Shown: positions 45,877 to 56,105, counted from the first letter of the stretch. The stretch is DNA of 62,952 nt from Candidatus Omnitrophota bacterium (GCA_028692655.1 JAQUWY010000007.1:1-62952); one strand, 5' to 3'. Numbers and translations are program-made. The notes: generated by a model not told the origin, from the sequence alone.

Positions 45877-47649
45877 TTATTCTTTAAACGGCTTGTATTC
45901 TTTTCCGGACCACTCCATACCTAAATGGCCGGAAAATTCAAGCATGTTTAAACGCATTCCGTGAACAATCACCGCCATAAATCCTAAGGTTATATTTAGT
46001 GTGTGGCCCAAAACAAGAATAAGCGCGGCCATAAACCCTGCAACTACGCTATTGATACCTGAAGCCAACGCCATATTATTAAAGCTTGAGGCAACTATAG
46101 CCGAAGCATAACCTACAGCAAACAATCTTAAGTATGAAACTATATCCGAAAATGAACTTATAACGCTTAAAGGCAGGTTACCTAAAGATATTAGGGCCCC
46201 TTTGAGCATATTCTTTTGGGGATTAGAAAACAATACTGCCAGAATCAGCCCAATTGAGAGCAGCCAGAGAGAAAGCCCAGGTAGGCGGCTTCCTAAAACA
46301 AGCGAGTTGGCTACGAAAAAGACTCCCCAAAGTATACAGATCCAGCCCACCTGAGCCAGAGCTTTCAGAGAATTTATTAAAGACAGCGCTAACTTAGCGT
46401 GGGCTATTGTCAGGTGTATAACTCCTATCACAAAACAAAGCCCCATCATGAAGCTCTGGTTTGTAGTTGAGGCCGAGCTTATCTTATTAACAACTACTGC
46501 TTTAAAAACCGGCAGTTGCGCTATTTTTTCACAGCCAAACCATGTGCCGGTTATAGCACCCCAGGCAATAGTGGCTAAGCTTAACACACCTATTAAAAAA
46601 AAGGGTTCTGAAGGCGCCCTGGGAAATTTTTTTCTGGCATAAAGAGTAATAAAAAGAAAAATTATTCCGTAACCGGCATCTCCTATAAGCATAGCAAAGA
46701 AAAGACTGAAAAAGAGAAGAAACCAGAAACTTATATCAAATTCTTTATAGCCGGGAACCGTTCCCATAAACTTAAATACCGGGTCTATAATCCTCACCCA
46801 GCGGGGATTTCTTATCAATGTAGGAACCTCCTGGGGTTCATCAGGCTCCTCCACCAACAATGCCCATCCATGCTGGATAGCCGCCTCATTTATCGCGGGC
46901 ACGTCTTCGCTGGGGCAAAAACCTTTCAAACAGTAAATACCCTGTTTATTGACCATGCCAAACCGTACATGGCAAAAATCGAGCCTCTTGTGGAATTCTG
47001 TTTTTACGCGGGAGAAGTACCTGGCATAAATTCTAAAATCGTCTATCTGCTTGTCAATTTCTTTAAAGTCAGCAGCCAGTATATATATCATTTTCTGTAA
47101 TGCGTTTTTATCTATATTGGGCACATGAACTTCGGGAAGATTTAGCGCCTCTTGCGCATCTCTGGTTACCAGCGCCAGGCGAAGGCCTCCTTTCTCCCGG
47201 GACAAAACATAAACAAGTTTTCCGGTATCTATTTGTTTAAGACTGCTTTTGGGCCCGTAATAAAGCTTTATGAAAACGCCTTCTTTCTTCAGCCGCTGCA
47301 GAGCTCCGTAGGAAACATCACCCCATTCCCGGAACCAATCCAGCCTCTTTTTTAAATTTTCTATCTGAGAAGCGAGCTCTTGCCTCTGCCCGCTTAAAGC
47401 TAATATTTTTTTTGCTATCAAGACGGCTTTAGAATTATCTAAATCCTTCTGGGGAGCCTTACTGCTTCCAAGCAACGTCAGAATTTTATCAACCATGGGA
47501 ATCCTGCGGTTTAAAGTATCGATATAATCCGCATGCGGTGGCTGCATAGGCTCAACATGCACCAGGCCAAGTTTGCGCAGCCGTCCTACGGCGCTGTTAG
47601 CGTCTTTTTCAGCAACCATAACTGTTATTTTTTTCATTCTAACAATCAT
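45877..47649 (-). CDS. V/A-type ATP synthase subunit I
   Basis: GDAGYG, SYLRLFA, HGMRLNMLEF. Confidence 0.95.
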   Translation of the reverse strand: MIVRMKKITVMVAEKDANSAVGRLRKLGLVHVEPMQPPHADYIDTLNRRIPMVDKILTLLGSSKAPQKDLDNSKAVLIAKKILALSGQRQELASQIENLKKRLDWFREWGDVSYGALQRLKKEGVFIKLYYGPKSSLKQIDTGKLVYVLSREKGGLRLALVTRDAQEALNLPEVHVPNIDKNALQKMIYILAADFKEIDKQIDDFRIYARYFSRVKTEFHKRLDFCHVRFGMVNKQGIYCLKGFCPSEDVPAINEAAIQHGWALLVEEPDEPQEVPTLIRNPRWVRIIDPVFKFMGTVPGYKEFDISFWFLLFFSLFFAMLIGDAGYGIIFLFITLYARKKFPRAPSEPFFLIGVLSLATIAWGAITGTWFGCEKIAQLPVFKAVVVNKISSASTTNQSFMMGLCFVIGVIHLTIAHAKLALSLINSLKALAQVGWICILWGVFFVANSLVLGSRLPGLSLWLLSIGLILAVLFSNPQKNMLKGALISLGNLPLSVISSFSDIVSYLRLFAVGYASAIVASSFNNMALASGINSVVAGFMAALILVLGHTLNITLGFMAVIVHGMRLNMLEFSGHLGMEWSGKEYKPFKE

Positions 47650-47662
47650 CGCTATAACTAAT

Positions 47663-48277
47663 TCAAACAGGAACGGCCATTTGCTTCCTGCGGTTTATTT
47701 TAGCTTTGGCAATTTTACCCCTCACGACTTCGGCAGTCTGGAGCTCGCCTAAATATATCTGTATAACTCTGATATTTTCCTGGGCCAGAGGAATTTTTAC
47801 TTTTTCAAAAAGATTCACCCTCTGGGAAGCTATGTGTAATTCTTCTTTCAGAATTTCCAGTTGCTTATGATAAACCTCCAGCTTAGCCTTCAAAGTTATC
47901 ATCTCCTTAAGAGCTCCAATACCCGCATCCACCCAAAGAGGCATATTAAATAAGTCATATTGGGATTCTTTAAATTCGACTCCTTTAAAAACCGGCATAT
48001 CTATTCCCGCTACATTTCCGGAAATAGTATTTATCTTTTTAAGGCTGCAAAAATCAGAAAGTTTTACGTCTTCAGCAAATACGTCAACCCAGCCCACAAC
48101 TTTATTTCTGAAATTTTCTATATCCTGGGCTAATTCTTTAATCGCCTGGTGAACTTTTACTATTTCCAGCTTAAGCTGTTTTTCTTTAAGCTGCAGCATG
48201 GGAAGGTAGCGATTAAACCTTTTAAGCTCTTCCTTCTGGTGTTTTAATTCGTTTTTGGTCAGCCTGATTTTAGCCAT
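47663..48277 (-). CDS. V/A-type ATP synthase subunit D
   Basis: LPMLQLKEKQL, QRVNLFEKVKIP. Confidence 0.95.
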   Translation of the reverse strand: MAKIRLTKNELKHQKEELKRFNRYLPMLQLKEKQLKLEIVKVHQAIKELAQDIENFRNKVVGWVDVFAEDVKLSDFCSLKKINTISGNVAGIDMPVFKGVEFKESQYDLFNMPLWVDAGIGALKEMITLKAKLEVYHKQLEILKEELHIASQRVNLFEKVKIPLAQENIRVIQIYLGELQTAEVVRGKIAKAKINRRKQMAVPV

Positions 48278-48337
48278 GCTATTATTAAAAAGTCTTGCGG
48301 GAATCTCTTAGGCCATAAACCCGTGAGCTCTTCGGAT

Positions 48338-49714
48338 TCATTCTTCATAATCCTGTTCTTGAGAGGATTCACCAGAAAGGTCCTCCGAAGATTCCGCTGC
48401 TTGAGGATTGGCGCCTGGAGCCTTAGCCGGCCAGAATTCCTGGACTAAGTCAGTACGAAAGCTTGTCTCCTGAGGTAGAAAACATTCCGAGAGGATTTTC
48501 CAGCCGTTATCAAGAGCCTTTTCCAAAGAAATATTGACTGATAAATCCATCATGTGAGCTTCAAATAGCTTGCCGTACTTAAGCAATTTTTTATCCCAGG
48601 CGGTCATACGGAAGCCCATTGAACGTTTTTCTTCGGCTTCTTTATATTGGGCATACAGCTGTATCATACCATCCATTATGGCCCTGTGGTCCTTGCGGGT
48701 CTTATCATTGACCTGCTGTTTAAGACGGCTCAAAGAACCAAAAGGTTCTATCCTGGCTCCTCTTAAATAGAACTGCCCCTCGGTAATATAGCCAGTATTA
48801 TCCGGAACAGGATGCGTAACATCATCTCCGGGCATAGTAGTAACCGCTAAAATAGTTACCGAGCCGGCACCTTCAAAATCAACGGCTTTCTCGTACCTCC
48901 GGGCTAATTGGCTGTATAAATCGCCAGGATAGCCCCTGTTAGAAGGAACCTGTTCCATAGTAATGGCTATTTCCTTTAAGGCGTCCGAAAAATTTGTCAT
49001 ATCGCTTAGAAGCACCAGGACATCTTTGCCTACCAGTGCAAATTTTTCAGCTACCGCCAGGCATAAATCCGGAACCATCAAACCTTCAACTATAGGGTCT
49101 GAGGCAGTATGTACAAAAAATACGGAACGAGACAAGGCGCCGCCGTCATCTAAAGCTTTTTTAAAAAACATGTATTGGTCATATTTAAGGCCTATGCCGC
49201 CTAAGACAATCATATCAACTTCGGCCTGAAGGGCTATGCGGGCCAGAAGTTCATTGTAAGGCTCTCCGGAAATAGAAAATATCGGCAGCTTCTGGGAAAC
49301 AACCAGAGAGTTAAAAACATCTATCATCGGTATATTGGTGCGAATCATCCTTTCGGGAATAATCCTCTTGGCGGGATTAACCGAAGGCCCGGTTATCTCA
49401 ATAAGGTTTTCGCTTAAATCCGGCCCCTTATCCCGGGGCCTGCCGCTGCCGTCAAAAATTCTACCCAGCATATTTTCAGAAAAACCAACCCTCATGGGAA
49501 AACCTGAAAATGTAACTTCGTCATTGGTAGAAATGCCGCGGCTGCCGGAAAAAACTTGTAAAGATACTATGTCCGCTTCAAGTTTTATGACCTGTGCCAG
49601 GGAAGAACCTCGAGCACTTTTAACCAGGGCTAATTCTTCATAGCTTACGCCATCGGCCTTTACCGTAATAACATTTCCGTTAATGCTTAATATTTTACTG
49701 TGAACTTTCCTCAT
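48338..49714 (-). CDS. V/A-type ATP synthase subunit B
   Basis: [28 protein letters not shown]. Confidence 0.96.
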   Translation of the reverse strand: MRKVHSKILSINGNVITVKADGVSYEELALVKSARGSSLAQVIKLEADIVSLQVFSGSRGISTNDEVTFSGFPMRVGFSENMLGRIFDGSGRPRDKGPDLSENLIEITGPSVNPAKRIIPERMIRTNIPMIDVFNSLVVSQKLPIFSISGEPYNELLARIALQAEVDMIVLGGIGLKYDQYMFFKKALDDGGALSRSVFFVHTASDPIVEGLMVPDLCLAVAEKFALVGKDVLVLLSDMTNFSDALKEIAITMEQVPSNRGYPGDLYSQLARRYEKAVDFEGAGSVTILAVTTMPGDDVTHPVPDNTGYITEGQFYLRGARIEPFGSLSRLKQQVNDKTRKDHRAIMDGMIQLYAQYKEAEEKRSMGFRMTAWDKKLLKYGKLFEAHMMDLSVNISLEKALDNGWKILSECFLPQETSFRTDLVQEFWPAKAPGANPQAAESSEDLSGESSQEQDYEE

Positions 49715-49732
49715 TTATCTCTTCGCTCCTAT

Positions 49733-49828
49733 GTGCAGATATATACAGCTCCCTATTGCAAACAATCACAGATAAAAATACTATCCGCAATTATCAGCGC
49801 CCTTTGTCCTCTGCGCTCATCTGTGTAT
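49733..49828. repeat. CAGAT/ATCTG degenerate hairpin element, copy 4
   Basis: tgcagat..cacagat facing ctctgcgctcatctgtgt. Confidence 0.65.
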
Positions 49829-51545
49829 CAAGAAATTCTTCTATCTTTCTTTCCTGTTCCTTAAACTCCTGAGATTCCCATTCTTTATAGTTCCAGTCTA
49901 CAAATAATTGACGTAGAGCGTGGAACGCCTTGCGGGCATTATCTTTTGTATCAAAATTAAGCTTTTTATTCAGAACAGAATAAATTTTGCCGAATACATA
50001 TTCCTGGCGCGCAAGGCCTGTGGCCGCATCAACCTTATCAAACCCGTTTTGCTGCAAGTAAACACTGTCTAAAAATTCGGCCTTCAAATATATTATAAAA
50101 TCATCCATTGACGTGCCTTCTTCCCCGATAACCTTCATCATCTGCCCCACTTCATTACCTTTAATCAACATTTCTCTGGCATCTTTAATCACTTCCGGAG
50201 CTATAAAACTGGGATAGCGCGACCAGCTCTCTAAAGGATCTATTGAAGGAAACCTCCTGGCGTTAGCTCTATCCCGGGAAAGCCCGTGAAAAGCACCCAC
50301 TACTTTTAAGGTAGCCTGAGTCACCGGTTCATCAAAGTTGCCGCCGGCAGGGCTCACTGTACCGCCAATAGTAAGGCTTCCCTTTTCTCCTAGGAAAAGC
50401 TCTACCAACCCTGAACGCTCGTAGAACTCGGCTATGCGGGATTCAAGATACGCCGGGTAAGCTTCTTCTCCGGGAATCTCTTCAAGCCGGCCAGAAACTT
50501 CCCTCATAGCTTGAGCCCAGCGGGAAGTGGAGTCGGCCAAGAGTAAAACATTTAATCCCATCTGGCGATAGTATTCACCCAGAGTCGCAGCGGTATAAAC
50601 AGAAGCGTCTCTTGCAGCTACCGGCATAGAGGAAGTGTTACATATTATAATTGTGCGCTCCATAAGAGATTTCCCCGTACGGGGATCATTAAGTTCGGGG
50701 AATTTACGCAAGGTCTCAACTACCTCCCCTGCCCTTTCTCCGCAGGCGGCGAGTATAACAACATCAACATCGGCATAACGGCTGGTTAGCTGCTGCAAAA
50801 CGGTCTTGCCGGCTCCAAAAGGGCCGGGTATGCAGTAGGTTCCCCCTTTTGCTACAGGGAAAAATGTATCGATAATACGTATTTTGGTAGTCAATGGTTC
50901 TTTCGGAGTAAGCTTCTGCCGGTACGCTTTTATGGGAATTTTTATCGGCCAGTCAAAGGCCATGCCAACCTTAATGTTGTTTCCCCGGGAATCCCGCAAG
51001 ATAGCTATAGTATCTTTTATGGTGTAATCGCCTTCGGAGGCAATTTTTTCAACACTATATTCTCCGGTTAAATCAAAGGGCACCATTATGTAATGCTTAA
51101 ATATGCCTTCCTGGACATACCCGAGCGGCTCTGCACTGCTTACAGTTTTCTTCCCTGTTTTGATTAGAGGGAAAAAATGCCATTTAGCCCCACTATTCAA
51201 AGCATCCAGTTGAATACCCCTGGGCAGAAAAAACCCAAATTTTTTGGCAAGTTCCGGAAGGGGATTCTGCAATCCGTCATACACCTGGCCAAGAAGGCCG
51301 GGGCCGAGCTTAACCGAAAGCATTGTTAAAGAGAACTCAATTCGGTCTCCAACCTTTACCCCTTTTGTATCTTCAAAAACCTGCATGTAAGCTGTATTAT
51401 CACTTATTCGAATGACCTCAGCCATCAGCTTCTCTTTACCGCATATAACATAACCCACTTCATTTTGAAGAACATCTTCTTCAAAATGAACAGTTATCAT
51501 GTTTCCCTGTATTGACTGGATATAACCAACACGTTCGTTCGTCAT
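49794..51545 (-). CDS. V/A-type ATP synthase subunit A
   Basis: PGPFGAGKTV, CGERAGE, DSTSRWAQA. Confidence 0.97.
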   Translation of the reverse strand: MTNERVGYIQSIQGNMITVHFEEDVLQNEVGYVICGKEKLMAEVIRISDNTAYMQVFEDTKGVKVGDRIEFSLTMLSVKLGPGLLGQVYDGLQNPLPELAKKFGFFLPRGIQLDALNSGAKWHFFPLIKTGKKTVSSAEPLGYVQEGIFKHYIMVPFDLTGEYSVEKIASEGDYTIKDTIAILRDSRGNNIKVGMAFDWPIKIPIKAYRQKLTPKEPLTTKIRIIDTFFPVAKGGTYCIPGPFGAGKTVLQQLTSRYADVDVVILAACGERAGEVVETLRKFPELNDPRTGKSLMERTIIICNTSSMPVAARDASVYTAATLGEYYRQMGLNVLLLADSTSRWAQAMREVSGRLEEIPGEEAYPAYLESRIAEFYERSGLVELFLGEKGSLTIGGTVSPAGGNFDEPVTQATLKVVGAFHGLSRDRANARRFPSIDPLESWSRYPSFIAPEVIKDAREMLIKGNEVGQMMKVIGEEGTSMDDFIIYLKAEFLDSVYLQQNGFDKVDAATGLARQEYVFGKIYSVLNKKLNFDTKDNARKAFHALRQLFVDWNYKEWESQEFKEQERKIEEFLDTQMSAEDKGR

Positions 51546-52027
51546 TTAACCTCACATAAAGAGTTGAAATTCTCTCTTCCTTTTTCCTTGTTGAAAACAA
51601 AAAACTTTTCTAAAATCTGCAGTTTCAAAAAATAATAGGTTAGATACCCCAAGTTAAAATTATTATCAGTTTGTAGATTATCCACAAAATCCCAGCGCAG
51701 CTTCAAGAGTTTCTTTTCGATTTCTAGAGGCGAAGATCCAGAAAGAGCCTCATTCAGTTGGCCTCTTAAGCGATAATCCTGAATCTTTTTTCTGAAACTA
51801 ACCAGAGCCTGGCGTAAATCCAGCTCAAACTCTTTATATTTCCTTAGATAAATGTTGTCCCGAAGGCTGGGCTCACAATCAGAAATATGAATCTGCGATA
51901 TAAAAATAAAGTCTTTGTTGCTTAACCACTTTTCGGCTTCGGACAAAAAATACTGCCTGTCTATCTGGGGAGCCTGCCCGAAAATAAGCGTGGGTAATTG
52001 TGCAATAAAATAATAGTGCTTATCCAT
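51542..52027 (-). CDS. DUF2764 family protein (putative V-ATPase subunit C)
   Basis: YYFIAQLP, FE..LR, position between subunits E and A. Confidence 0.75.
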   Translation of the reverse strand: MDKHYYFIAQLPTLIFGQAPQIDRQYFLSEAEKWLSNKDFIFISQIHISDCEPSLRDNIYLRKYKEFELDLRQALVSFRKKIQDYRLRGQLNEALSGSSPLEIEKKLLKLRWDFVDNLQTDNNFNLGYLTYYFLKLQILEKFFVFNKEKGRENFNSLCEVK

Positions 52028-52628
52028 TCTTAGAGTTTAGAATCTCTGCTATGGCAGGATTTATAAATTCTCCTAAGGCCTCCAATATACTTGCTTCAGT
52101 AAAATCATAATACACGTCTTTGCCTTTTATACCTATGCGGAATCCTTTGTCTATGTATTTATTCACTTTTATCTCTATGCCTTTTTTAAGATTTTCTTTC
52201 AGTTGAGAGGACAGAATCTTTTCTAATTCCTTTTTGTCAGCTTCGCTAACAATTACCTCGGCCGCCGGCTTTTTATCTTGTTGCCAGTTTTCGGTAGTCT
52301 TTGTGATAAGTTTAGCCATAAACTCCGGTTTCAATTCACCGGATATTTTGGTTTTAAAAACTCCGTCAAACAAAGCTTTAAGTTCATTTTTCACTGACAG
52401 CATAAGATCCCGGGCAGCTTGGCGCAGGGCATCTTGAGCGTTAGCCTTCAATTTTTCCGAATCTGTTTTTGCTTTTGCGAGAATGGCGTCCGCTTCGGCC
52501 TTAGCCTGAATTTTTATCTGGTCGGCCTGCTGTCCAGCCTGGCGCAATATGTCATCGGAAGCTTTCTTTGCCTCGTCAATACCTTCTTTCTTTATCTTAT
52601 CTATCAGGCTATCTAATTTGGCATCCAT
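52020..52628 (-). CDS. V/A-type ATP synthase subunit E
   Basis: DKIKKEGIDEA helical stalk, GFRIG; first gene of operon. Confidence 0.9.
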   Translation of the reverse strand: MDAKLDSLIDKIKKEGIDEAKKASDDILRQAGQQADQIKIQAKAEADAILAKAKTDSEKLKANAQDALRQAARDLMLSVKNELKALFDGVFKTKISGELKPEFMAKLITKTTENWQQDKKPAAEVIVSEADKKELEKILSSQLKENLKKGIEIKVNKYIDKGFRIGIKGKDVYYDFTEASILEALGEFINPAIAEILNSKNG

Positions 52629-52874
52629 AATAGTAACTCCCCCTATTTTTATTTTATATGAAGTCCCGCCGGCTTACAACGGTAACTGCTTTTTTAAAAC
52701 TTCCCTTTGGCGGAATGAAACCCCGAACCGAAAGTTATTTATCCTTGTTCTTATAGCGATAGCTTTTTGGTTCGCGGGTAAAGCAGTCAAGAAAATCAAT
52801 TATATAGCCCCACATCAAAAAATCAAATTTTATCTTTTTGGGGCCTTTTTCATAAAAACCTACCTCCAGTAAAT

Positions 52875-53540
52875 TCAGCTTGCCAGAATGCCTTTGGCCG
52901 CCTTTAAGTAATCTTTTTGGCTTATTATCGGCCGGCCCACTACTACATAATCGGCGCCTTGAGCAAACGCAAAATTAGCCGTAGCCACTCTCCTCTGGTC
53001 ACCCCTTGCTCCTTCAGGAGCGCGTATGCCGGGAGTTATCACTTTAAGCTTACAGTTTCTTTTTATTAAAGCAGCTTCTTTAGCTGAAGCGATGACTCCG
53101 TCTAAGCCACAAGCTTTAGCTGCCCGGGCTAGAGATAAAACAGATTTTCTATCGGCAGCTTCACTTGTCAGCTCAGTAACTCCCAGCACTAACGGCCTTC
53201 TAACTTTTAGTTTTCTGGCTGCCGCGGTTATTTCTTTTTTTACTTCCCTTAAGGCTTTTGGGCCAGACTTTATGTGGACGGTAAAAGCCCAGCAGCCCAT
53301 TTGCACATAGGTTTTAGAGGCCTCCTTCATTGTGTTGGGGATATCGTATAGTTTCAAATCCAAAAACACATCAATACCTTTGCCGATAATTGTTTTTACC
53401 AAAGCCGGGCCGAATTTGGTAAAAGCTATGGAGCCGATTTTAAACTTAACCCCCTTGGGGGAAAGCTTACGTACGGCATTATAGATTTTGCCTTTATCTT
53501 CTAAATCCAGAGCTACAATCAATTTTTTCCACTTAAGCAT
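52875..53540 (-). CDS. pyrF: Orotidine 5'-phosphate decarboxylase
   Basis: VALD, DLKLYDIPNT, TPGIR, VVGRPI. Confidence 0.96.
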   Translation of the reverse strand: MLKWKKLIVALDLEDKGKIYNAVRKLSPKGVKFKIGSIAFTKFGPALVKTIIGKGIDVFLDLKLYDIPNTMKEASKTYVQMGCWAFTVHIKSGPKALREVKKEITAAARKLKVRRPLVLGVTELTSEAADRKSVLSLARAAKACGLDGVIASAKEAALIKRNCKLKVITPGIRAPEGARGDQRRVATANFAFAQGADYVVVGRPIISQKDYLKAAKGILAS

Positions 53541-54438
53541 CGAGGCTGCCTCTTAGTTGGTTGATGTTGTTTATCTTTTTCTTTTTTAAATAGTTTTTTA
53601 TCCCCCTTAGGATTTTAACCGATGCTGCAGGGTCGATAAAATTAACCGTTCCCAAGCTAATGGCGGTGGCCCCAGCAATGATAAACTCCAGAGCGTCATC
53701 GGCAGTCTCTATGCCCCCGCCGCCAATAACCGGTATTTTTACGGCCCTTGAAACTTTCCATACTCTATATAAAGCCATAGGTTTAATTGCTCTTCCAGAA
53801 TAACCCCCATAGCAATTGCCCAGATATGGTGCGCCTGTCTGTATATTGACAGCCAGGCCGAAAAAAGTATTCACTGTAGAAATAGCATCTGCTCCGGCGG
53901 CGCAGGCAGCAACAGCTATTTCTTTTATGTCTGTAACTTCGGGCGTAATCTTTGCTATAAGTGTTTTTTTAGTCAGTCCGCGCAAAATCTTTATGGTTTC
54001 ATAAGTATCTTTTCTGCTTTGAGAAATTATCTTTTTGCGCTTGATATTGGGACAGGATAAATTAAGCTCAATCGCTTCAACGGCCTTCTCTTGGGAAAGC
54101 CTTTTAACCATTGTTTTGTATTCATTAATAGAAAACCCGCCGATACTCAAGATAAATTCTGTCTTTACCTTACTAAGCCTTGGCAGATCTTCGGCGATAA
54201 AGTTCTCCAGGCCTTTGCCTTCAAGGCCCACTGAATTTATAACCCCGCAACCGGTTTCATAAATTCTTGGCGGACAGTTACCCGGACAAGGATTAAGGGT
54301 TATGGTTTTAGCAGTTACCGCTCCAATGCTGGCATAATCCGCCAAACCCTTTAATTCATCTGAAGACCCAAAAGTCCCCGAAGCGCAAATTATTGGATTC
54401 CTAAGCTTTAATTTACCTATTTTTACTTTTAACTCCAT
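53533..54438 (-). CDS. pyrD: Dihydroorotate dehydrogenase B catalytic subunit
   Basis: ASGTFG, ELNLSCPN, GGYSGRAIKP, GGGGI. Confidence 0.95.
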   Translation of the reverse strand: MELKVKIGKLKLRNPIICASGTFGSSDELKGLADYASIGAVTAKTITLNPCPGNCPPRIYETGCGVINSVGLEGKGLENFIAEDLPRLSKVKTEFILSIGGFSINEYKTMVKRLSQEKAVEAIELNLSCPNIKRKKIISQSRKDTYETIKILRGLTKKTLIAKITPEVTDIKEIAVAACAAGADAISTVNTFFGLAVNIQTGAPYLGNCYGGYSGRAIKPMALYRVWKVSRAVKIPVIGGGGIETADDALEFIIAGATAISLGTVNFIDPAASVKILRGIKNYLKKKKINNINQLRGSLDA

Positions 54439-54582
54439 AGATTAATATTCTTTCCCTATAAGCTTAATACTTATTATAAATAAATGCAATAGCCAATCAA
54501 GGCGTTTTTTGAACCGGGGAAGCCTTGGCGTCTTTCTTTTACTCGGTGCGGCATTGATAAAGGTATCCTGAAATGCCTAAAA

Positions 54583-54939
54583 TTATTTGCTGAAAATAAG
54601 CTTTACAGAAATCAGCAATAGCAAACAGCCAAAAATCTTCTTTAATACGGGCTCGGGAACTTTCTGGACAATGCTTGCCCCGAGGAATCCCCCCAGAAAA
54701 AAACCCACACACATAAGCCCCGCCGCATTAACTTTAACATTGCCGGCATAGTAATACTTTAGAGCGGCCAGCAGGCCTATAGGAGGAATCATCATAGCCA
54801 AGGTTGTTCCCTGGGCCTGATGCTGGGTAAACCCGAACAGGCAAACCAAAGCCGGGATTACAAGCGCCCCGCCGCCTATGCCTAAAAACCCGCTAAAAAT
54901 TCCGGCACCGAACCCTAAAATTAAATATAAATACCACAT
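54583..54939 (-). CDS. TauE/TSUP family small membrane protein
   Basis: GFLGIGGG..P, QHQAQGTTL. Confidence 0.88.
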   Translation of the reverse strand: MWYLYLILGFGAGIFSGFLGIGGGALVIPALVCLFGFTQHQAQGTTLAMMIPPIGLLAALKYYYAGNVKVNAAGLMCVGFFLGGFLGASIVQKVPEPVLKKIFGCLLLLISVKLIFSK

Positions 54940-54960
54940 ATCCTCTCCTTATTAAATAGT

Positions 54961-55277
54961 AAAACTAAATATCTAAATTCTAAGCCCTAAATGTATTATT
55001 CGAAAGTTATGTTTACAGCCTGCTCTATAGCCGTATCATTCATCGTTAGAGAGTTGCGCCGGCCTACCGGTAGGCCGGCAGCTTGAAACGGCTGTCGTTG
55101 AACGTTAATCGTCTCCATTCCTAAGATTTTATTAACACAGCCGGCAAACGAATAACGATACGAGTTACGCAACCGTATACCGTTCGCCTTTACACAAAAT
55201 ATGTGAATATATCTTAAGAATTATACGCCCTAAACGAATTCATAGGGTTTGTTTAGGTTTTAGATTTTCGGATTTAT
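54961..55277. repeat. 7-mer repeat hairpin (CTAAAT/ATTTAG) split by MITE-B
   Basis: ctaaatatctaaattctaagccctaaa | cgaattcatagggtttgtttaggttttagattttcggattt. Confidence 0.65.
54992..55227 (+). mobile_element. MITE copy B (236 bp)
   Basis: Aligns end to end with copy A; CCCTAAA duplicated at 54985-54991 and 55228-55234. Confidence 0.9.
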
Positions 55278-55301
55278 GATTTTTCATTGGCTTAGCTGTT
55301 T

Positions 55302-56099
55302 TCAAAAGATATCTCTCAAATTAAACACCGGGCCGTCTTTGCAAACTTTTTTATATCCCTTTTTTGTCTCGATTACACAGCCGTGGCAAACTCCCAAGCC
55401 ACAGCCCATAAATTGTTCAAAAGATACCTGGCAATTTATCCCGGGATACTTTTTTATAATTTTATGGATTTCGTAAAACATTTCCTTGGGGCCGCAGGCA
55501 TATATCGTATATCGCAGGTCGCATGTCGTATGTCGTAAAATACCTTTCAGTAAGGCGACAACGGTACTTTTGTGGCCTCTGGAACCGTCTTCGGTAGCAA
55601 CATAAACCTTACAGCCTAAATCCTTAAATTCTTTCTCGCACAATACTTCCTTTTTTGTCTTTGCTCCCAGTAGTATTAAATTTTGATTTTTTGGTTTTGG
55701 GTCTTTGGTTTCCGTTAGTTTTTTTGCTAAAAAAACTAACGGCGCCACACCGAGGCCGCCGGCTATAAGAATATGTTGAACGTTAGACGCAGGACGCGGG
55801 ACGTAAAATCCTTTGCCGAGAGGGCCAATTATATCCAGAGCCGCTCCGGGCTTTAGCCTCGATAGCGCTTCCGTACCTTTACCCCTGACTCTAAAAAGAA
55901 TAAAAACATCTTTACCCTGGACTCTGTGAATACTCAAAGGGCGCCTCAAAAGAACAGGTTTTATTTTAAGGTGGAGAAACTGCCCCGGATAAGAGTTGGA
56001 ACTTATATAAGAAGATGTAAATCTTAGCAGAAACACATCGGATTTAAGCTTTTTTACTTCTTTAACCCTAGCTTTGATATTTTTGGCCGCTTGCTTCAT
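55302..56099 (-). CDS. pyrK: Dihydroorotate dehydrogenase electron transfer subunit
   Basis: RRPLSI, GPLGKG, AGGLGVAP, ACGP, CGLGVCHGC..C. Confidence 0.94.
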   Translation of the reverse strand: MKQAAKNIKARVKEVKKLKSDVFLLRFTSSYISSNSYPGQFLHLKIKPVLLRRPLSIHRVQGKDVFILFRVRGKGTEALSRLKPGAALDIIGPLGKGFYVPRPASNVQHILIAGGLGVAPLVFLAKKLTETKDPKPKNQNLILLGAKTKKEVLCEKEFKDLGCKVYVATEDGSRGHKSTVVALLKGILRHTTCDLRYTIYACGPKEMFYEIHKIIKKYPGINCQVSFEQFMGCGLGVCHGCVIETKKGYKKVCKDGPVFNLRDIF

Positions 56100-56105
56100 T
56101 ATAAC

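Noticed and set aside
48300-48420. Acidic tail of ATPase subunit B with an 8-bp inverted repeat
   Set aside because: Too short to exceed chance and matches no repeat family here
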